Shown: positions 9,233 through 19,054 of the stretch, piece after piece | How positions within the stretch are numbered: position 1 is the stretch's first letter | Layout of the letters: each line of letters starts with the position of its first letter | Origin: Alphaproteobacteria bacterium | GTDB taxonomy: Bacteria; Pseudomonadota; Alphaproteobacteria; Thalassobaculales; Thalassobaculaceae | DNA: 64,000 nt | Assembly: GCA_038116915.1 (NCBI GenBank) | Contig: JAYOEU010000002.1 | Coordinates: forward strand, 67,231-131,230 | Reading direction: 5' to 3' | Program-made: the position numbers and the translations under genes | The notes under the pieces: generated by a model | Told to the model about the DNA's origin: nothing | The model's database searches: none | The model's input: only the letters and a program-made list of their open reading frames with translations

Positions 9233-10342
9233 ATGAAAATCGACGACGTCAGCCTTACCCTGTTCAAGTGGGAGGATATCCCCGCCACCAGGTACCATGC
9301 CGGGTCCGGCAATTCCTCGGGAGAAACCACGCTCGGCCTGTTGACGGTGAGGACCGACGACGGGATCGAAGGACATGCCTTTCTCGGTTCCGCGACCTTC
9401 AGCGCCGAGGTTGACTGCAAGGGTCTGATCCGGTCTCTCAAGCCGATCCTGATGGGCCAGGACCCGCTGGACCGGGAACGGCTTTATCAGGCGATGTGGA
9501 AGCGCAGCCGGATCACCACGATCCGCTCGATCGGAGCCGTTGATATCGCGCTGTACGACATCGCGGCGAAAGCCGCGGGGCTGCCGCTCTACAAGCTGCT
9601 GGGCGGATACCGGGACTCAATCCCGGCCTATGCCTCCTCGGCGGTGCTGGCCTCACGGGAGGCCTATGCCGAGCAGGCGGTACAGTACAAGGAGGACGGA
9701 TGGGCCGCGTACAAGATCCATCCGCCGGCGATCTGGCGCGAGGATATCGAGGTCTGCCGCGCGGTGCGCGAGGCGGTGGGCGACGACTATGACATCATGC
9801 TCGATTCGACCTGGAGCTATACCTACGACCACGCCATCAAGGTGGGCCGCGCGATCGAGGAGATGAACTTCTTCTGGTACGAGGACCCGCTGGCCGACGA
9901 CGACTTGATGGGCTGCATCAAACTGCGCGAGAAGCTGTCGATCCCTCTCATGGCGACGGAGTACTCTCCCGGCGGCTTCACCAACTACGTCCCCTGGATC
10001 ATCAACAAGGCGACCGATTATCTGCGCGGTGACGTGGCGGTGAAGGGCGGGATCACGGCGCTGCTCAAGACCGCGCATCTGGCCGAGGCGTTCGGCATCA
10101 ATTACGAGGTTCATCACGGCGGCAATTCATTGAACAATTGGGCCAACCTGCATGTGATCCTGGCGATCAAGAACACCACCTATTTCGAGGTGCTGCTGCC
10201 GTCCGGCGCCCAGAAATACGGAATCATTGACGATCTGGAGCCGGACGAGAAAGGCATGATCCATGCGCCGACGACGCCAGGCCTCGGCGCCACGATCGAT
10301 TTCGACCTGATCAAGGCCAAGACGGTCGAGGTGCTGCGGTAG
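9233..10342 (+). CDS. mandelate racemase / muconate lactonizing enzyme family (enolase superfamily) protein
   Basis: Trimmed to MKIDDVSLTLFKWEDIP. Shows capping-domain plus TIM-barrel features (KIH..., MLDSTW, WYEDPL, MATEYS metal/acid-base positions). 369 aa. Confidence 0.85.
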   Translation: MKIDDVSLTLFKWEDIPATRYHAGSGNSSGETTLGLLTVRTDDGIEGHAFLGSATFSAEVDCKGLIRSLKPILMGQDPLDRERLYQAMWKRSRITTIRSIGAVDIALYDIAAKAAGLPLYKLLGGYRDSIPAYASSAVLASREAYAEQAVQYKEDGWAAYKIHPPAIWREDIEVCRAVREAVGDDYDIMLDSTWSYTYDHAIKVGRAIEEMNFFWYEDPLADDDLMGCIKLREKLSIPLMATEYSPGGFTNYVPWIINKATDYLRGDVAVKGGITALLKTAHLAEAFGINYEVHHGGNSLNNWANLHVILAIKNTTYFEVLLPSGAQKYGIIDDLEPDEKGMIHAPTTPGLGATIDFDLIKAKTVEVLR

Positions 10343-10411
10343 CTATTGTCAGCGCCGGCGTAGAGAAAGCTTTCGGAAAGTTTATAGATCTGTTTCGCCT
10401 GTTTTCTTCGT

Positions 10412-10546
10412 CGTCACCCCGCCGAAAGGCGGGGTCCATCCCTCCGGCGGTTATATTGGCTCGTCATTCCAATTGGGTGAGGGGGCTGACCCGGCGGTTC
10501 GACGGACACGACAGCGGCATGGATCCCGCCTTTCGGCGGGATGACG
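10412..10546. repeat. MITE/BIME-like composite repeat with 28-nt inverted terminal units
   Basis: Unit A is CGTCACCCCGCCGAAAGGCGGGGTCCAT (10412-10439). The reverse complement of unit B (10519-10546) is CGTCATCCCGCCGAAAGGCGGGATCCAT. Each unit is itself a GC hairpin. There is also an internal direct repeat CCGGCGGTT (10444 and 10491) and a third degenerate CGTCATTCC unit. Confidence 0.6.
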
Positions 10547-10675
10547 TAGAAAAGAGTCTTCGGCTTTGACCGAGGCGTTTTTGCGTCCGTCGCCCGCCAG
10601 TTGTGCCTGCCGATTGCCCTTATCGTCCCTTCCGCGTAGGTTCGCCGCGATCGCAACCGATGCCATCGCGGGCTC

Positions 10676-11599
10676 ATGGACTGGACGCTTTTCGTCACGC
10701 AGATGTTGAACGGGCTGCAGCTCGGCGTACTGCTGTTTCTGCTGGCGTCCGGCCTCACCCTGATCTTCGGGATCATGGATTTCGTCAATCTGGCGCATGG
10801 CTCGCTCTATATGGTCGGGGCTTATTTCTGCGCCAGCCTGACCCAATGGACCGACTCTTTCGTGCTGGCGGTGATCCTGGCGCTCCCCCTCACCGCGCTG
10901 GTCGGTCTGGCGGTGGAAGTTGTCGTGATCAGACGGCTTTACGCGCGAAACCATCTCGACCATGTGTTGGCGACATTCGGGCTGATCCTCTGCTTTGATG
11001 CAGCGGTGCAGTTTCTCTGGGGGCCGGCCGGGATGGCGATCCGGCTGCCGGCGGTCCTGAACGGCCAGGTGGAGATTCTGCCGGAGATCGTCTTTCCGAC
11101 ATTCCGGCTGCTGATCATCGCCGCCGGGCTCCTGGTTGCGCTCGGGCTGTACCTTGTGGTCACCAGAACACGCGCGGGCATGCTGATCCGGGCCGGGGCG
11201 TCGAACCGGACCATGGTTTCGGCCCTGGGCGTGGATATCCAGTTTCTGTTCACTCTGGTGTTCGCGGCGGGCGCGGCGATGGCCGGCCTCGCGGGGATGA
11301 TGATCGCGCCGATCACCGAGGCCAGCATCGGCATGGGCAACGACATCATCATCGTCGCCTTCGTGGTGATCATCATCGGCGGCATCGGCTCCATCAAGGG
11401 CGCCTTCCTGTCCGCCCTGCTGGTGGGGCTGATCGACACGATGGGCCGCTCGTTTCTGGATACGTTTCTGAAGCTGTTTTTCAGTGACCAGAACGCCGAG
11501 ACCGCAGCGCCGGCGTTGTCCGCCATGCTCATCTACGTGCTGATGGCGACAATCCTCGCATTCCGGCCCCAGGGCCTGTTCCCTCCGAAGGGCCGTTAG
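10676..11599 (+). CDS. HAAT-family (LivH-like) ABC transporter permease
   Basis: Multi-TM 307-aa protein. MDWTLFVTQMLNGLQLGVLLFLLASGLTLIFGIMDFVNLAHGSLYMVGAY is typical of the LivH N-terminus. Confidence 0.9.
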   Translation: MDWTLFVTQMLNGLQLGVLLFLLASGLTLIFGIMDFVNLAHGSLYMVGAYFCASLTQWTDSFVLAVILALPLTALVGLAVEVVVIRRLYARNHLDHVLATFGLILCFDAAVQFLWGPAGMAIRLPAVLNGQVEILPEIVFPTFRLLIIAAGLLVALGLYLVVTRTRAGMLIRAGASNRTMVSALGVDIQFLFTLVFAAGAAMAGLAGMMIAPITEASIGMGNDIIIVAFVVIIIGGIGSIKGAFLSALLVGLIDTMGRSFLDTFLKLFFSDQNAETAAPALSAMLIYVLMATILAFRPQGLFPPKGR

Positions 11600-11601
11600 C
11601 G

Positions 11602-12588
11602 ATGGAGCGGGCTCCGCTATTTTCGCCCCGGCAATGGCCGCCCCGCGGCCGGCTGATGGCCGTCGGCCTGATTCTGCTGGCCCTGCTGCCGCTTTACGTG
11701 GCCGTGACCGGGGACGCGTTCTATCTGGATCTCGGCAGCCGGCTGATGATCCTCGGCATCGCCGGAGTCAGCCTGAACCTTATCCTCGGGCATGGCGGCA
11801 TGATCAGTTTCGGGCACGCCGCCTATCTCGGGATCGGCGCCTATTGCGTCGGCATTCCCGCTTACTACGGCATCTATGACGGGTTCCTGCAGATCCCGCT
11901 CGCGGTCATCTGCTCCGCCGCCTTCGCCCTGATCACCGGGGCGATCTGCCTGCGCACCAAGGGCGTCTATTTCATCATGATCACCATGGCGTTCACCCAG
12001 ATGGTCTTCTTCGCCTTCGTGAGCCTGGAGGAATATGGCGGCGACGACGGGCTGGTCATCGACCTGCGCAGCCAATTCGCCGGACTGTTCGACATTGAGG
12101 GCGCGACCGGCCTCTACTATTTCATCTTCGCCTCGCTTCTGGCGGTTCTGTATCTGGTGCACCGGATCACCCGGTCGCGTTTTGGCATGGTCATCGAGGG
12201 TGCCCGCGGCAACGAGCGCAGGATGCACGCGATCGGTTACGACACTTACCGCTACCGCCTCGTCTGCTATGTCATCGCCGGCGCCATTTGCGGGTATGCC
12301 GGCGCACTGTTGGGCAATTTCACCAATTTCATCAGTCCGGAAATGATGGACTGGGTCGCGTCGGGCGAGCTGATCTTCATGGTCGTCCTGGGGGGCACGG
12401 GCACCTTGTTCGGACCGATTCTCGGCGCCGCCTCGTTTGTGCTGCTCGAGGAATGGCTGTCGGCGATCACCATCTACTGGAAGTTCATTTTCGGCGCGAT
12501 GCTGATCCTGGTGGTGCTGTTCTGGCGCGGCGGGCTCAACGGGTTGGCCGACTGGATCGGGAGGGCGGCATGGCGCAAGCACTCCTGA
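11602..12588 (+). CDS. HAAT-family (LivM-like) ABC transporter permease
   Basis: Contains the LivM signature LNLILGHGGMISFGHAAYLGIGAY. 328 aa; starts 3 nt after the LivH-like stop. Confidence 0.9.
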   Translation: MERAPLFSPRQWPPRGRLMAVGLILLALLPLYVAVTGDAFYLDLGSRLMILGIAGVSLNLILGHGGMISFGHAAYLGIGAYCVGIPAYYGIYDGFLQIPLAVICSAAFALITGAICLRTKGVYFIMITMAFTQMVFFAFVSLEEYGGDDGLVIDLRSQFAGLFDIEGATGLYYFIFASLLAVLYLVHRITRSRFGMVIEGARGNERRMHAIGYDTYRYRLVCYVIAGAICGYAGALLGNFTNFISPEMMDWVASGELIFMVVLGGTGTLFGPILGAASFVLLEEWLSAITIYWKFIFGAMLILVVLFWRGGLNGLADWIGRAAWRKHS

Positions 12589-13343
12589 AGGTCGAGAACC
12601 TGTACAAGAGCTTCGGCGGCGTGACCGCGACGGATCATGTTGATCTGGACGTGGTTCCCGGTGAGATCCACGCGGTGATCGGCCCGAACGGCGCCGGCAA
12701 GACGACGCTGGTGACCCAGTTGTCGGGAGAGCTTCGGCCGGACGGCGGGCGGGTGACCTTTGACGGTCGGACGATCACGGCGATGCCCGCGCCCTTGCGT
12801 TCGCGGCTCGGGATCGCGCGCTCGTTTCAGATTACCAGCCTGATGCTCGACATGACGGCGCGGGACAATGTGGCGCTGGCGGTGCAGGCCCGGGCGGGTC
12901 ATTCCTTCCGGTTCTGGGCCGATGCCCGCCATGACCGCGCGGTTACCGATCCCGCATTGGCCGTCCTCAATCAGGTCGGCCTGGCGGACCGGGCGGGCGA
13001 GATCACGCGGGCGATGAGTCATGGCGAGCACCGGCTGCTCGAGATCGCCGTGGCGCTGGCTACCCAACCCCGGCTGCTGTTGCTGGACGAGCCGATGGCC
13101 GGCATGGGGATGGAGGAGGCTCAACGCATGATCGGCTTTCTCGCCGGCCTCAAGGGCGGGATCAGCATGCTTCTGGTCGAGCACGACATGGACGCGGTTT
13201 TCGCGCTCGCCGACCGGATCACCGTGCTGGTGAACGGCCGGGTGATCGCGTCGGGGCCGCCGGACCGGATCCGCGGCGACGAGGCGGTGCGTCATGCCTA
13301 TCTCGGCGATAAGACGACGGAGACTGTCGGAGGGGCCGGCTGA
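12570..13343 (+). CDS. HAAT-family (LivG-like) ABC transporter ATP-binding protein
   Basis: Track ORF 12288..13343 trimmed to MAQALLKVENLYKSFGGV. Has Walker A GPNGAGKTT, the signature sequence and LLLLDEP. Confidence 0.9.
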   Translation: MAQALLKVENLYKSFGGVTATDHVDLDVVPGEIHAVIGPNGAGKTTLVTQLSGELRPDGGRVTFDGRTITAMPAPLRSRLGIARSFQITSLMLDMTARDNVALAVQARAGHSFRFWADARHDRAVTDPALAVLNQVGLADRAGEITRAMSHGEHRLLEIAVALATQPRLLLLDEPMAGMGMEEAQRMIGFLAGLKGGISMLLVEHDMDAVFALADRITVLVNGRVIASGPPDRIRGDEAVRHAYLGDKTTETVGGAG

Positions 13344-14044
13344 TGCTCTCGGTTCGCGACATCCGGACTCATTACGGCGCGAGCCAGGCGTTGTTCGGCA
13401 TGTCGCTGGAAGTCGGCGCGCGCGAGGTCGTAACCCTGATGGGGCGCAACGGCATGGGCAAGACCACCACCGTGCATTCGATCATGGGAATCACGCCGGT
13501 CTCATCGGGCGAGATCGAATTCGAGGGCCGGCGGATCGATGCGCTGCCGAGTTTCCGGATCGGCCGGGCCGGGATCGGTCTGGTTCCGGAAGGCCGGCAG
13601 GTCTTCCCGAACCTCACTGTCCGGGAGAATCTGATCGCCACCGCCGCCAACCGCTCCGAAGGAAACCGGGCCTGGAACCTGGACGAGGTGCTCGACATGT
13701 TTCCAGCGCTCCGGGACCGCCTCTCCAGCATGGGCAACCTGTTGTCCGGCGGCGAGCAGCAGATGCTGGCCATCGGGCGGGCGCTGATGACCAACCCGAA
13801 GCTGTTGATCCTGGACGAAGCGACCGAGGGGCTGGCGCCCCTGGTCCGCCGCGACATCTGGACCTGCCTCGGGAGCCTCAAGCAGGCGGGTCAGGCGATC
13901 CTGGTAATCGACAAGAATATCGAGGATCTCACCCGCGTCGCCGACCGGCATTATGTCATTGAAAAAGGCCAGGTGGTCTGGTCCGGCACCTCCGAGGAGC
14001 TGCGCGGGCGCCAGGATGTGCTGACGGAAAAGCTGGGCGTGTAG
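13343..14044 (+). CDS. HAAT-family (LivF-like) ABC transporter ATP-binding protein
   Basis: Has Walker A GRNGMGKTT, the signature LSGGEQQMLAIGRAL and LLILDEATEGLAP. The start overlaps the upstream stop. Confidence 0.9.
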   Translation: MLSVRDIRTHYGASQALFGMSLEVGAREVVTLMGRNGMGKTTTVHSIMGITPVSSGEIEFEGRRIDALPSFRIGRAGIGLVPEGRQVFPNLTVRENLIATAANRSEGNRAWNLDEVLDMFPALRDRLSSMGNLLSGGEQQMLAIGRALMTNPKLLILDEATEGLAPLVRRDIWTCLGSLKQAGQAILVIDKNIEDLTRVADRHYVIEKGQVVWSGTSEELRGRQDVLTEKLGV

Positions 14045-14129
14045 GCGGTTGCCATCCCCGCGCCGTCTGGCCATCATCACCGCGCCGGCGCGCCGGGCCG
14101 GGCGAGCGTGAACGAGGGGAAAATCTCCC

Positions 14130-15272
14130 ATGGATTTCGAACTTTCCAGTGAACAGCAGCTTTTGAAGGACAGTGCCGATCGTCTGATCGCCGACCGGTA
14201 CGACCTGCGGGCGCGGAACAAGATTCTGGAGAGTGATGCCGGCTGGAGCCGCGAGATCTGGTCGACCCTCGCGGAACTCGGTTTCCTCGGTTTGCCATTC
14301 AACGCCGAGGACGGCGGGTTCGATGGCGGCCCGGTTGAGCAGATGCTGATCCTGGAGGCCTTCGGGCGCGGTTTGCTGGTCGAACCGTATCTCGCCACCG
14401 TGGTCTTGGGCGGCAGCGCGGTCGCGTTGGCGGCAAGCGCGGAGCGCCGAGCCGAGATTCTGGGAGCCGTTACCGCCGGCGAACGGCTGCTGGCCTTCGC
14501 CCATGGCGAGCGGTATTCCCGCTATCGGTTGCGGCAGGTCGAAACCCAGGCGCGGCGCGACGGCGGCGGCTGGGTTCTCGACGGGGAAAAGACCACGGTC
14601 ATCCACGGCGCCGAGGCGGATATCCTGATCGTCAGCGCCCGCACGGGCGGTGGCAAGGACGAGGAAAACGGAATCAGTCTGTTCCTGGTACCGGCGAACG
14701 CGCCCGGCCTGACCGTGCGCGGCTACCCGACGATCGATGGCATGCGCGGCGCGGACATCACCTTCGCCTCGGTCAAACTGCCCGCCGATGCGCTGCTGGG
14801 CGAGGCGGACAATGCCTTTGGTGTGATCGAACAGGTGGAGCAGCATGGCATCGCCGCTGTCGCCGCCGAGGGTCTCGGCGCCATGCAGGCGGCGTTGGAT
14901 ATGACGGTCGAGTACCTGAAAACCCGCACCCAATTCGGCCGCCCGATCGGCGACTTCCAGGTTCTGCAGCATCGCGCCGCCGACATGTATGTGGCGGTCG
15001 AGGAAGCCCGCAGCATTGCGATCTACGCCGCCATGATGGTCAGCGAGCCGGACCCGGTCCTCCGCCGCCACGCGATGGCTACCGCGAAGGCCCAAGTCGG
15101 TCTCTCGGCCCGCGAGGTCGGTCAGGGCGGGGTGCAACTGCACGGCGGTATCGGCATCACCGAGGAATATGCGGTCGGCCATTATTTCAAGCGGCTGTCG
15201 ATGATCGAGCGGCAGTTCGGTGATGTCGAGCACCACATGGCGCTGCTGTCGTCCATGGAGCCGGTCGACTAG
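14130..15272 (+). CDS. acyl-CoA dehydrogenase family protein
   Basis: 380 aa. MDFELSSEQQLLKDSADRL... and ...TRTQFGRPIGDFQVLQHRAADMYV... are typical of ACADs. Confidence 0.85.
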   Translation: MDFELSSEQQLLKDSADRLIADRYDLRARNKILESDAGWSREIWSTLAELGFLGLPFNAEDGGFDGGPVEQMLILEAFGRGLLVEPYLATVVLGGSAVALAASAERRAEILGAVTAGERLLAFAHGERYSRYRLRQVETQARRDGGGWVLDGEKTTVIHGAEADILIVSARTGGGKDEENGISLFLVPANAPGLTVRGYPTIDGMRGADITFASVKLPADALLGEADNAFGVIEQVEQHGIAAVAAEGLGAMQAALDMTVEYLKTRTQFGRPIGDFQVLQHRAADMYVAVEEARSIAIYAAMMVSEPDPVLRRHAMATAKAQVGLSAREVGQGGVQLHGGIGITEEYAVGHYFKRLSMIERQFGDVEHHMALLSSMEPVD

Positions 15273-15290
15273 GGATCATCGCACAGGTTG

Positions 15291-16214
15291 CTAGCCTGTT
15301 TTACCGGCCCGCAGCCGCGCCTGCTTGCGGGCGACGTTTTCCCGGTGCGCGATGTAGCTGACGCTGCCGATGATGATGGCGGACCCGATCCAGGTCCAGA
15401 TTTCGGGAACCTCGGCGAAGACCAGAAAACCGATCAGCGCCGCCCAGGCGAGCTGCAGAAACTTCACCGGCTGCACCGCGGAAACCTCGGCAAGCTTGAC
15501 GCCCTGAATCATGCAGAGATGTCCGAGGGTCGCGAGCCCGGCCGTCGTGATCAGCAGCAGCCATTCCTCCATCGTCGGGGTGCGCCAGACATAAAGCGCC
15601 GGTCCCATGATCGTCAGCGTCACGAAGACCGAGAGATAGGCGACGACCGCGGGGCCGGACTCCCGCCGGGTCAGGACCTTGGCGATCAGGTCGGTGACCG
15701 CGAAAAGCGGGGCGGCGAACAGCATTGCAAGGGCACCGGGGTGAATTTCCGCAAAGCCTGGCCGCAGGATCACCACCGCGCCGAGGAGACCGACGATGAC
15801 CGCGATGATCCGCCGGATCCGCACCCTCTCGCCAAGGAACAGTGCCGCCCCGACGGTGGCGAAGACCGGCGCCGTGAAGCCCATCGCCGTGACCTCGGCG
15901 ATCGGGATATGCGCCATGGCATAGAACCAGCACATCACGCCGACCGCGTGCAGCACCCCCCGGATCGCGTGCAATTTGAAGTTGGCGGCGCGCAGGTCGG
16001 CTAGATTGATCTTCAAGAAGAACGGCAGCATGAACACCAGCCCGAGGGCATAGCGCATGAAGGACACCTGGATCGGGTTCATGGACGAGCCGACATGCCG
16101 CACGATCGCGGTGAAGGACGCGAAGATCAGTCCGGCGACCGCCATCCAGATCATGCCCTGAACGTTGGGTGAAACCAGCGCAAGCCGGCGTTGTATTCCG
16201 GTGAGAACCGACAT
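15291..16214 (-). CDS. DMT superfamily (EamA-like) transporter
   Basis: 307 aa with about 10 hydrophobic segments and a two-EamA-repeat architecture. Confidence 0.8.
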   Translation of the reverse strand: MSVLTGIQRRLALVSPNVQGMIWMAVAGLIFASFTAIVRHVGSSMNPIQVSFMRYALGLVFMLPFFLKINLADLRAANFKLHAIRGVLHAVGVMCWFYAMAHIPIAEVTAMGFTAPVFATVGAALFLGERVRIRRIIAVIVGLLGAVVILRPGFAEIHPGALAMLFAAPLFAVTDLIAKVLTRRESGPAVVAYLSVFVTLTIMGPALYVWRTPTMEEWLLLITTAGLATLGHLCMIQGVKLAEVSAVQPVKFLQLAWAALIGFLVFAEVPEIWTWIGSAIIIGSVSYIAHRENVARKQARLRAGKTG

Positions 16215-16275
16215 GGACTAGAGTGCCGAGGATGGTGACAGGCGGGCGCCGGGCGCCCGAGCGCTCGAAAGGAGC

Positions 16276-17163
16276 ATGGGAATGGGTATCGAGGCAAACC
16301 AATTCAAGCATCCGGGGTTTCTGGTTTCAACCGAATGGCTGACCTCGCGGCTGAACGATCCCAATATCCGGATCTATGACTGCACCACCCATCTTCTGCC
16401 GCATCCGACCAAGGCCTATACCGTGGGCAGCGGGCGCGAGGACTATGACAAGAGTCATATTCCGGGAGCCGATTTCCTCGACCTGCAGGACGAGCTTTCG
16501 GATCAGGACAGCAAGTTCCGCTTCACCTTCCCCTCGCCGGATCTCTTCGCGGCCGCGGTGGGCAAACACGGCCTTGGCGACGGTACCGAGGTTATCCTTT
16601 ACAGCACCACGACCCCGCAATGGGCGACGCGGGTCTGGTGGATGCTGCGCGCCTTCGGCTTCGACAATGCCCGGGTGCTGGATGGCGGGCTGGTGAAATG
16701 GGTCAAGGAGGGCCGCCCGGTTTCGACGGCGCCGGCCTCCTACGCGCCCGCCACCTTCACGCCCAAGCCGCGCGACGGTCTGATCGTCCAGAAAGAGGAG
16801 GTGCTTGCCGCGATCGGCGACGGCGGGGTCTGCACGATCAACGCGCTTTCTCGCGAGCAGCATGCCGGCGGCGGCCGCGCCTATGGCCGAATGGGACGGA
16901 TCGCCGGCAGTGCCAACGTGCCGACCGCCGAATTGCTGGACCCGAAAACCAACGCCTTCATCCCCGCCGGCGAGATCGCCGCCCGGTTCGCCGATGTCGG
17001 CGCGGACAAGTCCAAGCGCATCCTCACCTATTGCGGCGGCGGCATCGCCGCCAGCGCGACGGCGATGCTCCTGGTCATGCTCGGCCACGAGGATGTCGGG
17101 CTTTACGACAATTCCATGTCCGAATGGTCGAACGACGATTCCCTGCCGATGGAGACAGGCTGA
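16276..17163 (+). CDS. tandem-rhodanese sulfurtransferase (thiosulfate/3-mercaptopyruvate type)
   Basis: LVSTEWLTSRLNDPNIRIYD... begins the first rhodanese domain. The second carries the active-site loop YCGGGIAAS. 295 aa. Confidence 0.8.
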   Translation: MGMGIEANQFKHPGFLVSTEWLTSRLNDPNIRIYDCTTHLLPHPTKAYTVGSGREDYDKSHIPGADFLDLQDELSDQDSKFRFTFPSPDLFAAAVGKHGLGDGTEVILYSTTTPQWATRVWWMLRAFGFDNARVLDGGLVKWVKEGRPVSTAPASYAPATFTPKPRDGLIVQKEEVLAAIGDGGVCTINALSREQHAGGGRAYGRMGRIAGSANVPTAELLDPKTNAFIPAGEIAARFADVGADKSKRILTYCGGGIAASATAMLLVMLGHEDVGLYDNSMSEWSNDDSLPMETG

Positions 17164-17173
17164 GCCAGGTCGC

Positions 17174-17968
17174 CTAGCGCGCCGTCACGCCGCCGTCGAC
17201 GACCATTCCGGACCCGGTCATGAAGCTGGAATCGTCGGAGGCCAGGAACACGATGCCATTGGCGATGTCCTGAGGCACGCCGAGCCGCCCGATCGGGTGG
17301 GTTGAAAGCGCGACGTCGCGCGCCTTGTCCACATCGTTGCTGCCGGTCTGCTCGGCCCGGGCAACGAAGGTCTGCGCGCCCATGTCGGTCTGAATGACGC
17401 CGGGATGGATCGAGTTCACCCGGATCCGGTAACCCTTGCGGGAAAGATTGAGGGCCGTCGATTTGGTGAACAGGGTCACGCCGCCCTTGGTCATCGAATA
17501 GAGCGGATCAAGCTCGGAGCCGACCAGACCCGCGATCGAGGCGAGATTGACGATGGCGCTGCCCTGCGGGCTTTTCTCGCCGGCCCGGCGCAGCGCGTCG
17601 ACGCAATGCTTGGTGCCGAGCCACACACCTGTCATGTTCACCGCGGCGAGGCGCGTCCATTCCTCCATGGTCACGTCCATGAAGTCGCGGCCGAGGAACA
17701 GACCGGCATTGTTGACCAGGATGTCGAGCCCGCCGAACTTGGACTCCGCAAGCGCGACCGCCGCGTCCCAGTCGGCCTCTGAGGTCACGTCGAGCCGGAT
17801 GAAGGTCGCGGCGTCGCCCAGCGCCTTCGCGGTCTCCCGGCCCTGGCTTTCGAGCACGTCGCCGATCACCACCTTGGCGCCGGCCTCGACCATCAGCTTG
17901 GCGGTGGCGCCGCCGATTCCGCGCGAGCCGCCCGAAATCAGCGCGACTTTTCCATCCAGACGGTTCAT
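17174..17968 (-). CDS. SDR family oxidoreductase
   Basis: Contains MNRLDGKVALISGGSRGIGGATA, NNAG and YSMTK motifs. 264 aa. Confidence 0.85.
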   Translation of the reverse strand: MNRLDGKVALISGGSRGIGGATAKLMVEAGAKVVIGDVLESQGRETAKALGDAATFIRLDVTSEADWDAAVALAESKFGGLDILVNNAGLFLGRDFMDVTMEEWTRLAAVNMTGVWLGTKHCVDALRRAGEKSPQGSAIVNLASIAGLVGSELDPLYSMTKGGVTLFTKSTALNLSRKGYRIRVNSIHPGVIQTDMGAQTFVARAEQTGSNDVDKARDVALSTHPIGRLGVPQDIANGIVFLASDDSSFMTGSGMVVDGGVTAR

Positions 17969-18241
17969 TGGAGTTGTCCTTTCAATTCATCAAAATCAGA
18001 TGCCGCCCTCTGGCTAGCCTTCAAGGCGACACTACGCCGAAGCGGAGACTCGCCCAAGTGTGCCGAAGCCCGGAATTCATTTCATCGCGGACCCGATTAG
18101 GCCCGGCGACGCATGATCTTGTCCGCCAACTTCGGGCGTGGCGGCATTGTGATGCCCCAGGCGCTTGCAGGCCTGTGTCGATGTGTATACATTCCGCGGC
18201 CTACGGTGTCAGAGAACACCGGGTGATAAACAAGAGATAGG

Positions 18242-19054
18242 GTGGGGATGGCCGAGTCCGCGAATGCCGGGGGCAGTGTACCGGCTGGGGATAAAATCCT
18301 TGAGGTCCGTGACGTCGCGGTCCATTTCGGCGGGATCGTCGCGCTGGATGGCATCAGCTTCGATATGCGCAAGGGCGTCATTCAAGGCCTGATCGGTCCG
18401 AACGGCGCCGGCAAGACGACCCTGTTCAATTGCCTCAGCCGGCTCTACATCCCGACCTCGGGGGATATCCTGTTCGAGGGCAAGTCGATCCTCAACACGG
18501 CGTCGCACAAGATCGCCGATATCGGCATCGGCCGCACCTTCCAGAACCTTGCCCTGTTCCGCACCATGTCGGTGCTCGACAACATTATGGTCGGCGCCCA
18601 TTGCCAGAGCTCCAGCGACTTCGTCTCCAATGCGTTCCGGCTGCCCTGGGTCAGCCGCGAGGAGAAGCAGCTTCAGGAGCAGGCCTGGGAGCTGATCGAC
18701 TATCTGGAGCTTGGCGACGTCGCCTACACACCGGTTGGTGGATTGCCGTTCGGCACTCAGAAGCGGGTCGAGATGGCCCGCGCTCTGGCCGCGAAGCCCA
18801 AGGTACTGCTGCTGGACGAGCCCGCGGGCGGCCTCAATCATGACGAGGTCGGAGAACTGGGCTTGCTGATCAAGCAGGTCCGGGACGATCGCCACTGCAC
18901 CGTGCTGTTGGTGGAACACCACATGAGCCTGGTAATGAGCGTTTCCGATCATGTTGTCGCCATCGATTTTGGCCGCAAGATCGGTGAGGGGACTCCGGAA
19001 GAGGTGCAGCGGAATCCAGAGGTTATCCACGCCTATTTGGGGACGACGAACTGA
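18242..19054 (+). CDS. HAAT-family (LivG-like) ABC transporter ATP-binding protein
   Basis: Has Walker A GPNGAGKTT, LLLDEPAGGLN and the LivG-type C-terminus NPEVIHAYLG. The start is GTG 18242 or ATG 18248. Confidence 0.9.
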   Translation: MGMAESANAGGSVPAGDKILEVRDVAVHFGGIVALDGISFDMRKGVIQGLIGPNGAGKTTLFNCLSRLYIPTSGDILFEGKSILNTASHKIADIGIGRTFQNLALFRTMSVLDNIMVGAHCQSSSDFVSNAFRLPWVSREEKQLQEQAWELIDYLELGDVAYTPVGGLPFGTQKRVEMARALAAKPKVLLLDEPAGGLNHDEVGELGLLIKQVRDDRHCTVLLVEHHMSLVMSVSDHVVAIDFGRKIGEGTPEEVQRNPEVIHAYLGTTN

